64,000 nucleotides of DNA from the human T2T-CHM13v2.0 reference genome, Homo sapiens. The DNA lies in the NCBI RefSeq assembly GCF_009914755.1, contig NC_060925.1, one strand, 5' to 3'. The translations under genes were made by a program, and so were the position numbers. The notes under the pieces were generated by a model. That model had not been told where the DNA came from, ran no database searches, and worked only from the letters and a program-made list of their open reading frames with translations. Positions 39,160 to 52,325 of this stretch are shown here, piece by piece (within the stretch, counting starts at the first letter, position 1; every line of letters starts with the position of its first letter).

Positions 39160-39803
39160 GGCAGTGCAGCATTTAGGAAAGCAGTGCAGTACTCAGTAAG
39201 GCAGTGCAGTACTCAGTAACACAATACAGTACTCAGGCAGTGCAGTACTCAGTAAGACAGTGCAGTGCTCAGTAAGGCAGTGCAATACTCAGTAACAGTG
39301 TAGTACTCAGTAACAGTGAAGTACTCAGTAATACAGTACAGTATTCAGTAAGTCAGTGAAGTACTCAGTAATACAATACAGTACTCAGTTAGGCAGTGCA
39401 GTACTCAGGAATGCAGCACAGTACTCAGGCAGTGCAATACTCAGTGCGGTACTCAGTAACACAGTGCAGTACTCAGTAACAGTGCAGTACTCAGTAACAG
39501 TGCAGTACTCAGTAAGGCAGTGCAGTACTCAGTAACACAGTGCAGTACTCAGTAATACAGTACAGTACTCAGTAAGGCAGTATGGTACTCAGTAAAGCAA
39601 TGCAATGCTCAGTAACACAGTGCAGTGCTCAATAAGGCAGTGCAGTGCTCAGTAAGGCAGTGAATTGCTTAGTAACACAGTGTAGTGCTCAGTAGGACAG
39701 CATAGTACTCAGTAACACAGGGCAGCTAGTACTCAGTACTATAAGTACTGAGTACTTATATAGGCAATGTAGTACTCAGTAAATCAGTGCAGTACTCAGT
39801 AAT
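39160..39803. repeat. Minisatellite in the DISC1 3'UTR, ~30 units of 16-20 nt, consensus GCAGTGCAGTACTCAGTAAG
   Basis: Core (A)GTACTCAGTAA recurs about every 20 nt. One unit is inverted (39744-39756). Confidence 0.95.
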
Positions 39804-41396
39804 GCAAGGGCATTTCAGGCTCCTGCTGGGCTGCTTCTTTGGCCCAGCTGGGACTCCTATTGAGACAGCTGCAAAACAGGCTGATTTCAATTAGGCAGCA
39901 CTTCCCAAAGTGCACTGAGGAAGGTGGCCCCAAGAGAAGCTCTCTAAACAAAGGAGTACCCTCTCTGGTCAAGTACCTTTGGTAAATACACCATACCATA
40001 ATATCTGCTTGGAGAACCACAATGCACATTAGCATATTAGTCTGAGAGAGAACTTATAGTAAGGAAACTCACTTGATTTTATCTAACCTCAAACTTTCCA
40101 AGTTTAATGGATCGTGAATTTTTTTCATGTAACTCCTATTCATATCCCATAGATCTAGTATTGTACAGCACTGCATTCTCTGAGGAAGTCCCAGTCCAAA
40201 CTCTGATTTACATCACTTTAGAAACCACACTCACACTTTTGCAGAGTGTTGAGCTTAATAACTACCTGCCACAGATTGGTAAATTTAATCCAGTGGTTGT
40301 TCTGTTTGTGCTTCTGTTCTCATTTATGTGTTTAGGGATAGTGAGGTTCCTGCCTTCACTAGGATCCACGGATATGAGACCATTTTTGTCATTTCCTGAA
40401 GTCACACTGGCGTTTCCAGAAGGCATCTGGTGCTTTGCTCAGCCTTCCATGCTGTGCAGCACTTCTGTCCTCAGTCAAGGAGATGGCCATGCTTAAGCCA
40501 GCAATTGGCTGGGGTCCAGGAAACAAAGCAAAAGCACAATATGTGAATGTGCTGATTGTGTTCCCTATGGCTTTATCTCGAGCAAAATACACTCTACATA
40601 TTTTAATAATAAGTATAATTAGCTTGTTCCTGGACTTCATTTTCAATGATGAACCAAATTCCTGAATTATTTATAATTGTGTCTAAAGAAAATTATGAAC
40701 TGGTCACATGGCACTTGGAATCCTTGAGTTAATTCCAGTGAAGCAAAACTTGGGAAGAGTCAGGATTGGCCACATTGCCAATAACAAATTCCTACTTCGA
40801 CATATGTCTTTTCAAAAAGCCTCCCAGACACAAGACATCTTAACCGTCACTAGCCCAAGTGTTTTGTATTACTCAGACACCATCATGAAATAATTCTGTG
40901 AGGTCATGATGTATTTGAAAATTCTGCAAGTTAATAACTGCCTTGAATTGTTTGAACCCGAAATAAGGGTTCTTTGGTACCTCTAGTAGATAGTGTGTTC
41001 ATTTCCCTGCTGCAAATTTTGAAGTATTTGGGCAGGTGAGTCATGTTTTAACCACAAGCCATAACTCATCTGTTGTCTTTGCTTGGTCTTAGAGTATCAT
41101 TCAGAAAGTCCGCTAAGGGCCAGCGTGCTTCTTCTGGCTACACAACCTTCTCAGGACAAGCCCACTGTCTTAAGCCACTTTGACCCTGGGAGACACAGGA
41201 CTGTGTATCCTCAATCATACTATACAGCAGTTTTTGTCAGGGGAACATAAAAATATCCAAGAGAGGTTAGGGCTTAGATTTAAAAGCATCAAAACAACAA
41301 CAATGGAAATTTATGTTGGCGATAGCCAAGACCACAAGCAAAAGCACATACTGGAAATGATGAGTTAGAATCTGATTTGACTGGGATGTTTTATGA

Positions 41397-41839
<443 letters not shown>

Positions 41840-42643
41840 TGAAATTTCAAAACTGAATTGATCCTTCTCCAAATTAGTATATACTATTGGAAACTTGTCT
41901 TTCCCTGCAGTAAGGCTGGTTTCCCCACCCCAGAAACATGTAACGGTTGGTACCATGCTAAGCCCTTGCCATGCTAAGCCCTTTACAGTCATATCCTATA
42001 ATCCCCATATCAACCTTATAAGGAAGGTGTTTGTAGATGATGCAACTGAGCCTTAAGAGGACTAATTCCCTTTTTCTAAGGCACAGAGCTGGTAAAATGT
42101 GAAGTAATAGTGAACCTAACAGTCAGAGACAGGCAGCATGCTCTTAACTAGTGCTCTTCCTAAAGTTCCTTTAATGTCCTTTTGAGATTTTGAGCCATGG
42201 AACTTACTTGTTCACCTGGCTAAGAACTCATGGCCACTGTGGAAATCTTGGTTAGGGAGTCAAAGAAACTGAGCCTGGGGCAAACGAGGCTTCCCACACT
42301 GCCAGGGGAGCCTCACTGTGAAGTCTAGGCTCAGACAGGCATCAACAAACCTATTCACCCCACCATCATCCTGATCTAACCATTCCCCAGTCATCCCAGG
42401 AAAACCACTCACAGCCTGACACTGGGCTGACTTTCTTGAAGATCCTCATCCAATTGGTGTTTTTCAGAAGTGTTCCAATATTATGAATTCTGTGTTGTGG
42501 AGAAAAGCAACCATGCATTTACTGGTCAATGCCTTCTTGTATATGTAATTCAATACTTTTACTTTTAATATCCTCACCTTATCTAATCTTTGAATTTTGT
42601 CATGTAATTTATTGCTTCATTAAGGTTACTTTTTGTTATACAA

Positions 42644-42649
42644 AATAAA
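42644..42649 (+). terminator. DISC1: Possible proximal polyadenylation signal AATAAA
   Basis: AATAAA preceded by TGTA motifs and T-rich sequence. Confidence 0.45.
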
Positions 42650-42791
42650 AGCTGATATCCAAGGCATGGTGCATCTTGATGATTTTTTGTCCTTTGAAGT
42701 ATGGATGATAGAAAAATGTATCAGGTTTATTCATCTCATCTTTCTGTTACAGGATGATTAATTGTACAGTTACATCACACGAAACATTTAT

Positions 42792-42797
42792 AATAAA
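42792..42797 (+). terminator. DISC1: Polyadenylation signal AATAAA (distal, likely main)
   Basis: AATAAA with upstream TGTA and a downstream GU-rich element. Confidence 0.75.
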
Positions 42798-42859
42798 GTC
42801 ATGCTTTAGAATTGCACGTGTTTACTTTCAGATATCAGCAAATCAGAAAATCATGAAAT

Positions 42860-43800
42860 ATTCTATTCCCAGACTCCTAGATTAAGGAAATTGAAACTAA
42901 CATTACCACTAGAGTTGGGAACAAGACAAAGATACCCACAATACCACTGAAAATATTTTACTGGAGATGCTGGCTAATTTAGTTAGGCAAGAAAAATATA
43001 GAAGGGTTACAATTTGGAAAAGAAAAAATAAAGCTTTAATATTCACAGATGATGTTATTGTAAGCTGAAAACCCAAAAGAATCAACAGAAAAACGTTTAC
43101 ACAATTAACACAATCAAAATCAACAGGCTTCATATATGCAGACAATAATTGGAAGACTGAGTATAAGAAAAGACCCCATTTTCAATAGCAACAAAAAGCA
43201 AGAGAAAATGGCTAAGAATATATTTATATAAGAAATGCATAAGCCTTAGATGAAGGAAATTTTAAGATGAAGGACATGAGACAAGAATTGAATACATGGA
43301 AAGACACATTAAGCTTTTGGATAGGAAGGCATCATAAATTTAAAAATTTCCATCAGTCAATTTATAAATATTTCCTGATCCCAAATGGGACAATAGATGT
43401 CTAGTTAGCCCCCATATGCATTCTCCCATTCATCCTTTTAGCCGTTCTGGGTCTAGACACTTAAACTGCAGAGGTACATGTGTGCAGAATTGCAGGTGTA
43501 CATTTGTAGCATTGTTTGTAAGGACAAAAATGAGAACAACCGACATTTTCATTTGCATCAGTTGGAGACTGGTTAAATAAATTATTGTACATTCACACTA
43601 TGGAATGCTTTACAGTTGCTAAAAAAAAATCTTTGTGTACATATGTGCTTGTCTCTGCAGAGCTATCACTGGAAAGGGATCCAGGCGACTTAGTGGAAAA
43701 AAAATGGGAAGGAGACTTACTTTTCTGCTCTATACTATTCTTTTAAACATTTGGTACCGTGTGCATATATTTACCTATTCAAAAATAAAATCATTTCTTT
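42860..43800 (+). mobile_element. Decayed L1 ORF2 / 3' fragments
   Basis: RT-region motifs (attcacagatgatgttattgta...gaaaacccaaaagaatc). Boundaries approximate. Confidence 0.65.
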
Positions 43801-44034
43801 AAGAAAAAAGTCATAATTAATGAGCCTGAGAGTAGGCCCTCAAGTAGGGCAGGGCACACAGGCTGTTGAATGGTTGCCCAGGTCTCCTTGCGGCTTATGC
43901 AGGATTCATCTGCTATTTATTTACCTACTGTGTGCCCAGCACTGTGCTAGGGTATGCACCTGATATTGGTGATAAAAAGGCAAGTATGAACTATGACATA
44001 ATGTGATCAGATGATTTTAAGTTGAGAAGGAAAT

Positions 44035-44422
44035 TGATATGGTTAAGCTTTGTGTCCCCACCCAAATCTTATCTTGAATTACAATCCTCATAACCCCCAT
44101 AATCTCCGTGTGTCAAGGGAAAGACCAGGTGGAGGTAATTGATTCATGGGGGCAGTTTCCCCAGTGCTGTTCTCATGATAGTGAGTGAGTTCTGATAACA
44201 TTTGATGGTTTTATAAGGGGCTCTTCCCCCTTCACTCAGCACTTCTCCTTCCTGCCGCCTTTTGAAGAAGGTGCCTTGCTTCCCCTTTGCCTTCCGCCAT
44301 TATTGTAAGTTTCCTGAGGCCTCCCCAGCCATGCTGAACTGTGATTCATTTAAAACTCTTTCCTTTATAAATTACCCAGTCTCAGGCAGTTCTTTATGGC
44401 AGTATGAAAACGGACTAATACA
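44035..44422 (+). mobile_element. THE1 (D-like) solo LTR
   Basis: TGATATGG...CTAATACA with 5-bp TSD GAAAT (44030-44034, 44423-44427). Closely similar to 9324-9699. Confidence 0.93.
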
Positions 44423-47400
44423 GAAATGAATGATTATCATTGAAACTTTTATCACTTTAAAGACAAGAGATTGATTTTGTTCTGGCCATTTTCTTGAACA
44501 ACTACATCTGGGGGTGTAGTACTGAAAATTCAGCACTCTCTGGAACCCACGTTCTCTCCCTTCTGGGTTAGGGAATAACATCAAGTCTCCTTCCTTTGAG
44601 CCCTGGATCAAAGAGACCTGATAGGTGATTGATTGTGTGGGCAGAATGGAGACTTGGGAAATGGAGTCACATTCTGCCCTTCATTGTCCCTCAGGAACTA
44701 CTTATGCCCTCATTGTTTTATCCAATTTTAGGTGTGCTTTTAAATGTACATATCACATACACTTTTCCACTGTGGAAAAGACACAACCACAAACTCCAGC
44801 ATGAAGAACAGCCCAGTTGACCTCCCTCATCTTTACAATAGGACAAAACAGCTTCTTGAGTTCATTGGAAACAAAGCCTTTCCTACAGGGATGAGACCTT
44901 TTCCCATTGTTTATTTATTTATTCACTCAAGAAACATTGAACTCCTACTATAAAAATTGCCCTTCCTATAAATGAATGAATTCAAGCTACAGAGGTTAAA
45001 AGGCTTAGAGAAAATTATCCAGCAAGCAATGAAAATTTTGAGTGTCGACTCCAGGGACGCTTGGTTTTAAATCCATGCAATAAATCATTAAACTACACAC
45101 AAACAGACACACACACAGCAGTTTAATTAATGTTGAGCAACAGGTTTTTAAAAATTATTCCTCATTTGATTTTTATTTGTGATAAGAAAATGTAAAATAA
45201 TCATTTTTAAAGATTCATGCATAGCCCACTATTCTCACTTTTCCAGCCCTTGTTTGTACAAAACTATATTTTCAACAAACTGTAGCCAGCACATTTTTAT
45301 TCTTCTTTTGTGTTTAATATTACGGTATTTTCCATTTTGCTATATAATCATAATCATTGTTTTATTGCTGCATAATATTCTATCAAATTGATATACCATA
45401 GCTTAGCTATTCCCACATAATTGGACATTAAATCCTTCCGATGTTTTGTTGTTACAGGTAATGCTGCTGTGATAACTTCATGTGTGTAGCTTTTCCTTTC
45501 CTTTAAATTATGTCCTGTGAAGAGATTCCCAGGAGTGAAACTACTGAAAGATAAGAAAGAGTGGTATAGTTGAGATGAAATTAGCATTAGGAACAGAATT
45601 GAAGACAAAGATCAGCCCAGCAATGGCCCATTCCCCTGCAGGGAGAATTCTCAACCAGATATTGACTGGTTTAATTGATTTCGTGGTGTTCCTGCTCATC
45701 ATGAATATATCCACAATAACCACATCAGGTGAGTCACTGTTGGACAATTCTTAACATTTACGATGAGCAATGTCGATCCTACAGCTATATCGTATTGATC
45801 TCCTTCGATACTGCTCTCGTTGGTCTGTGCTCCTCCTATTTTGTCTACAGATAAAAAGTGTAGAGTCATGAAGAATCCAGGATTTAAAGACTAGAGGTCT
45901 GGACTGAAGTTGTCTTCTACTTAGCACTTGTGTGATTTTTTAAGCTGATCACTTACCTTGTTGATCCTGCAAAATGAAGCCTGTCTTTCAGGGTTGTGGA
46001 AAAACTCAAAAGAGCCAATACATATGAAAATCTTTTTTTAAAAAAAGCAACATATACATACGTACTTCAAAATTTTTTAAAAATTTCTGCTATACGGAGT
46101 GAACAGAACCAATCTGAAGCAGGATGCAACCCAGTCAAGCGAGAACACTGTACTCAACCTAAAAAAGTGACTCTCAAGAGGTACCTGGTAATTCAGGTAG
46201 ATTTCTTAATATAAAAAGGAGTATTTTCAATTTCTGGTTCTGTAGACCCACCTTCCCCAAACTTCACAATGGTCCCAGACACTTGGGAGAACTTGAATGC
46301 TTGAGATGCAAAGTGCTTTGGGTAACTTCTATTTAATCTGCTCAGCTCAGCAAAGCTGTGGGTAAATATTCAAAAACACCCAAGGGTTTGTCTAGAGCAA
46401 CCTCCCCAATCTGGGGAATTGCACACAGCCAGAGCTTGCTTGGGATGGCCTTAGCCACAGTCCTCCTTCCACTGCCTGGCCCCTGCCTGTTTCACATCAT
46501 CCGCCCGTAAGCAATGTGGTAAAGCAGATTCCAGTCCCTCGTGAATTCCCCAAAGGTGCATTTCAATATGAACCCCCTTGATTTGCCATTCTCTTTTGCC
46601 TCTACCTAACTTTAATAACTTTTCCCTAATTTTTACCAATATTTTCCACTTGGGGCTTTTATTATTTAGATGTCTTTTTCTTACCTCATGTATTTGCATT
46701 TCCTTTGTAGAAGAGAAGGGGAGAGTGGCAGTTCCTGATTACTTGAGAACTTCAGGGTGAGTTCATAGTGCTTCTAAAACACCCTTTTCATTTACTAACC
46801 CGTAAGAGCAAGGCTGAGGCGCAGGCATTGATTTCTGCATTCTGTGAAGGGCTTCTGCTCCTAGCAGGACAACAGCATCTGTAACAACTACAAAGCCAGG
46901 AGCACCAGGAATGCACACTTAGCTCTGCGTTCGTCCCAGCCTTCAGTAAATAAAAACCCCATGCCACCATCTTTCTTTGCCTGGATAGAAGCAGCAGATG
47001 CTTTGTGCTGGCCCAGAGAATTCCTTTTTTCACAAATGCAATGAATAAGAACACTCGACAGAGGAACACAAGGAGAACTGGAGGGAAGTTGTTAATACTC
47101 GCTTTGGGCAAAAATGCTTGTTGAGGTAGGAGGAAGATGTTTTAAAAAATGAAAATGGCAATAAATCAATGCACTCTTACAAAATATGGGAGGAGAGAAT
47201 GAGAAAATAACAATGAGGCCAGAGGGAGGCAAATGACATGTTGCAACCTGTGAGAAAAAAAAAAAAAATTAACAAGGTCTTTATGTAATGGCGTGTACCA
47301 CACAATGCACAGAAAACCATCTCTGATTTATTAGTTTCCCATGAGGGAAGTTGAGAAATGCAGAAGGCATGCATTAAAGGGTTGTCTTGCTAGGCAGAGT

Positions 47401-48399
47401 TTTGACTTTTAAGGACAAGCGTAGAAAGGCATCTCTTCCTGGCTTGAGGAGCTGGCAATTACCAGGGAGATGCCTGCCTTGAGATTTGACCTGAGTAAAG
47501 GCATCTGGATATTTTGTGCCTGGGAAGATTTGAGTCCTTCCTGATAATGAGGAGGCTGCGAGGGAGATTCTCAGCGAGTCTGCAAAGTCATGGTGAACTT
47601 GTTTCTTTTGTATTCCAATGCACTCCTTATGTCCCACTAGCAGGCAGGAGGCTCTGGGACAAGGCAGTGTCGGGGTCTTAGGCCTGGTCCTTGTCCTCAG
47701 AGTCAGCCCTATGCCAGGTATCCAGTACAAAGTTCCAAAGGCAGGCAGGGCACCCTTTCCTTCCATAAGGTTTCAACCTTAGTAAAATCTCAGCCCAAAT
47801 TTTAGGTTTGGGAGGAGAAAAAAGTCTGCCCTAAGAATTGATAGCCTTCTCTCAGACAGGCTTGGGGTCAAATTTACTGACTCTGTGGTCTAGAAACCCC
47901 CAAGCTAAGAGATACATGTGAAAAATGGCCCTGGCAGGGGAAGGATTGATCTCAAGCAAGTGTCACTGGGGGAGATTAATTTGAGTAGCCACATGGGGAA
48001 TTAAAAACTGATTCAGTGGGGGAGGGTAGGGACCAACATTAAATCATTTAGGTGCTCTCCCCAGCCCCACCCTCTCCCTACTCCCCCTTTCCCTCTCTTG
48101 TTAAATCTCTTCCTTGTAGAACCATTATTCATTCATGATGGTCATGGGAAATCTTAGCCACTAAGAAGATTGCTATAATCGCTCTCAACCTGCCTACACC
48201 CTATTTGTCACTTTGTTTTGCTATCAAGAAAATATTACTCACTCTTCCTTGATATTTTTTTCTCAGTCATAATGAGATCCCTCTCTCCTGTAGAGGAAGG
48301 AAAGGATTTTCTTGAATTACTGAAAGACTTTCCAAATTACGAAAAACATTAACAAAGGCAGTCAGAATGAAAGCTTTCTTCCCCAGACATTGCCTGAGG

Positions 48400-49050
48400 C
48401 AGACATGTGATGCCCCCATGTCAGCCACACAAAGTTATTGGGGTAAAATGTATGGTTTGGTTTTGAAACATGACAGACAGCTGGACACAACTGTCATGAT
48501 GGGCATTTTCCACATGCCCATGACAAGAGGGTTATATGCGTGGACAGAAGGGCTGAAAGATTCATTATTGTCTATACCACTACCACAGAACTATGAAACT
48601 TGACTATGGAGACATCTGTGATATTTCACAAGGACCCAGTACTCTCAGGCATGACTGCACCATTGGGCTCTTGTATCACATACTCACTCCATAGCCTCCA
48701 TGGTATGGTTTCTGTTCCCACCACTTCATTAAAATTCTTTTCACACATGATCTGCCAAATCCAACAGCATTTTATCTGCCCTCATTCCATTCTACATTTT
48801 AGTACAAGTGTGCAGTGTGGAAACTAATCTCTTCCTTATTGAACCTCCTTTCTCTCTTGGGTTCCGTGACACTCCATTCCCAATAGTCTTATCCTACATC
48901 CATCTTTCTGCATGATTACTCTTTCTTGTGCTTAAAAGATGGATACTCCAAGTCTCTGTCCTAGATCTCTTCTCTCATGGGCAATTTAATCTGCTTTAAC
49001 AAGTTTTACAACATCTCCACAGTGATTATTCCCAAAGATATAATATTCAT
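48400..49050 (+). mobile_element. L2 fragment
   Basis: L2-like pyrimidine-rich motifs. It continues after the LTR/Alu insertion at ~50250-51170. Confidence 0.45.
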
Positions 49051-49197
49051 TGACAATATTGATTGGACACTCACCACATGTTAGGTACTGAATTGAACCC
49101 CAAATTCAAAGTTGTGTATGGTTCCGTACCCTCTAATCATTCTCCAGTTATGCCCTCTTTTCTGAGCTTTGATTCTGCTGGACATTTCCATCACGAC

Positions 49198-50249
<1,052 letters not shown>

Positions 50250-50737
50250 CTGCCTCATAGACATCTCAAGCACATTATGTCTAAAACCAACCTCATTTTT
50301 GTTTTTTTTTCCTCACAATCTGCCTACCATTCATCTGTTCCTTACCTCGGTTCTCGGCATTTCCGTTTTCCAGGAGATACTAATTGGAACCCTCTCGATT
50401 ACCTTTTGTTTCTTCTTCCTCATCTCATATTCAATCAGTCAAGTCCTAGTGCCTTTAGCAGTTGAAGTTTTTATCTCTCATTCTGTCTAATCTGTAGTTC
50501 AGATTCTTATCTTCTCTTACTTGAGCAATCATGGTAAGTTTCTAATTGGTTTCCCTGTCTCTAAATTTCTGTTAATCTAAATTCATGGCCAAAGTTATCT
50601 TTCTAAACCAATGATCAGATCAGGCTCAAAAACCTCCAGTGATTTTTCTATTGGCTAAAGAATACTTGTTTTATTACAGAACAATTATTATCTGTCATCA
50701 AACTATACTTTCAGATTCATCTTGAATACCTCCTTTC

Positions 50738-51050
50738 TGTTTTTCTTTTTCTTTTTTTTTTTTTTTTGAGACAGAGTCTTGCTTTGTCACCTAGGCTGGA
50801 GTGCAGTGGTGCCATCTCGGCTCACTTCAACCTCTGCCTCCCTGGTTGAAGCGATTCTCCTGCCTCAGCCTCCTGAGTAGCTGGGACTACAGGTGCATGC
50901 CACCACGCCCAGCTAATTTTTTTTGTATTTTTAGTAGAGACTGGGTTTCACCATGTTAGCCAGGATGGCCTTGATCTCCTGACCTCATTATCCATCTCCC
51001 TCAGCCTTCCAAAGTGCTGGGATTACAGGCGTGAATCACTGCACCAAGCC
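50738..51050 (-). mobile_element. Alu (Sc-like) nested in L2
   Basis: TSD GAATACCTCCTTTC at 50724-50737 and 51051-51064. Confidence 0.95.
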
Positions 51051-51199
51051 GAATACCTCCTTTCAATTGCTCTGGATGACTCTGCATTCCTAACTTTCCA
51101 TCTGTTTTCACAGGGACCTTTGTTCATAGCTGTGAACCATAGCCTTGAATCTTGGTCTTTACCCATATAAATTATGCTCATTTGTTAAGAGTGTGTGGG

Positions 51200-52135
51200 A
51201 AGACAATCAAGTAAGAGCCCTAGGTGTTTGGCCTGAGGAAGTGGGCAAATGGCAAAACTATTGGCTGAGACGGAGAAGGTTTTAGTGAAGAGAAGATACT
51301 TGTGCAGAGGTTGTGGGGGGCAGGTGGGAGTGAGGGGGAGTATCTGTAGTTTGGCCATGTTGAGTGTGAGACATTGATTAGACATGCAAACAGAGATGCT
51401 GAGTAGGCAGTATGAGTTTAAATTGAATTGCGGCTGGGCGTGGTGGCTCACGCCTATAACCCCAGCACTTTTGCAGGTCAAAATGAAAGAACTGCTTGCA
51501 GCCAGAAATTTGAGACCAGACTGAGCAACATAGCGAGATTCCGTCTCTAAAAAAAAAAAAATAATAATAATAGAAAAGAAAAAAAAAAAAAGAAATACCT
51601 GGGCACGGTGATGCATGCCTGTAGTCCCAGCTACTTGGGAGGCTGAAGTGGGAGGATCACTGGACCCCAGAAGTTTGAGACCACAATGAGTTATGATTGT
51701 GCCACTGTACTCTAGGCTGAGTGACAGAGCAAGAACCTGTCTCAAAAATAAATAAATAGATCTGGGGAGTTTTATAGATTATATATATAGATTAAAGTCA
51801 CAGAACTATGTAAGACCAAATAAGGATAGAAGAGTATTTAACAGAGAGAGAAAGCCAATGAACACAGCTATGGCCACTCTAACATTTAGAAGTCTGTAGG
51901 GGAGGCAAATCCAACAAATGACCTTGAAAAGGCAAAATTGACAAGGTAAGAGGAAAACCAAGTGGGTTTGTAGAGTTCTAGAGAAGAAAACCTTCAAAGA
52001 AAGAGCAGTGATCGACCAGGTTAGATGCTTCAGGGAGCTTGAATAAGATGAGATAATGTACTGACTACTGACCTCAGCTAAACATAGGTCATCAATGACT
52101 TTGGTAGGAGCAGAATCAGTGGGAAAGTGGGACAA
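51200..52135 (-). mobile_element. L2 fragment interrupted by an AluJ
   Basis: Reverse L2 motifs (agtttggccatgttgagtgtgag, aggtcatcaatgacttt). Confidence 0.6.
51432..51757 (+). mobile_element. AluJ-like with expanded middle A tract
   Basis: Diverged Alu dimer with gggaggatcac in the right arm. Confidence 0.9.
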
Positions 52136-52139
52136 AGCA

Positions 52140-52325
52140 GGGGTTAGGGTGCTGGTAATCTGGCTCTCCAAAACACAAAAACAAAATCCTGATTTATAGC
52201 ATTTGCCAATTTCCATGAAATAAATATTCCCAAAGAGCTGGTTTCAAGCTAACAACATGACATCACTGAACCCAAAAATGGGAAGAGATGCCGCAATAGG
52301 TTCTTGCCAGCAGCTCCAGCACACG
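52140..52325. mobile_element. hAT-type DNA transposon relic (MER63-like)
   Basis: gtgctggt...ccagcacac termini; internal tgatttatagcatttgccaatttccatg. Confidence 0.5.

Noticed and set aside
39160-39803. CRISPR-like appearance (conserved core plus variable spacers)
   Set aside because: Linkers are under 10 nt and related to each other, there are no cas genes, and the context is a mammalian 3'UTR. It is a minisatellite.
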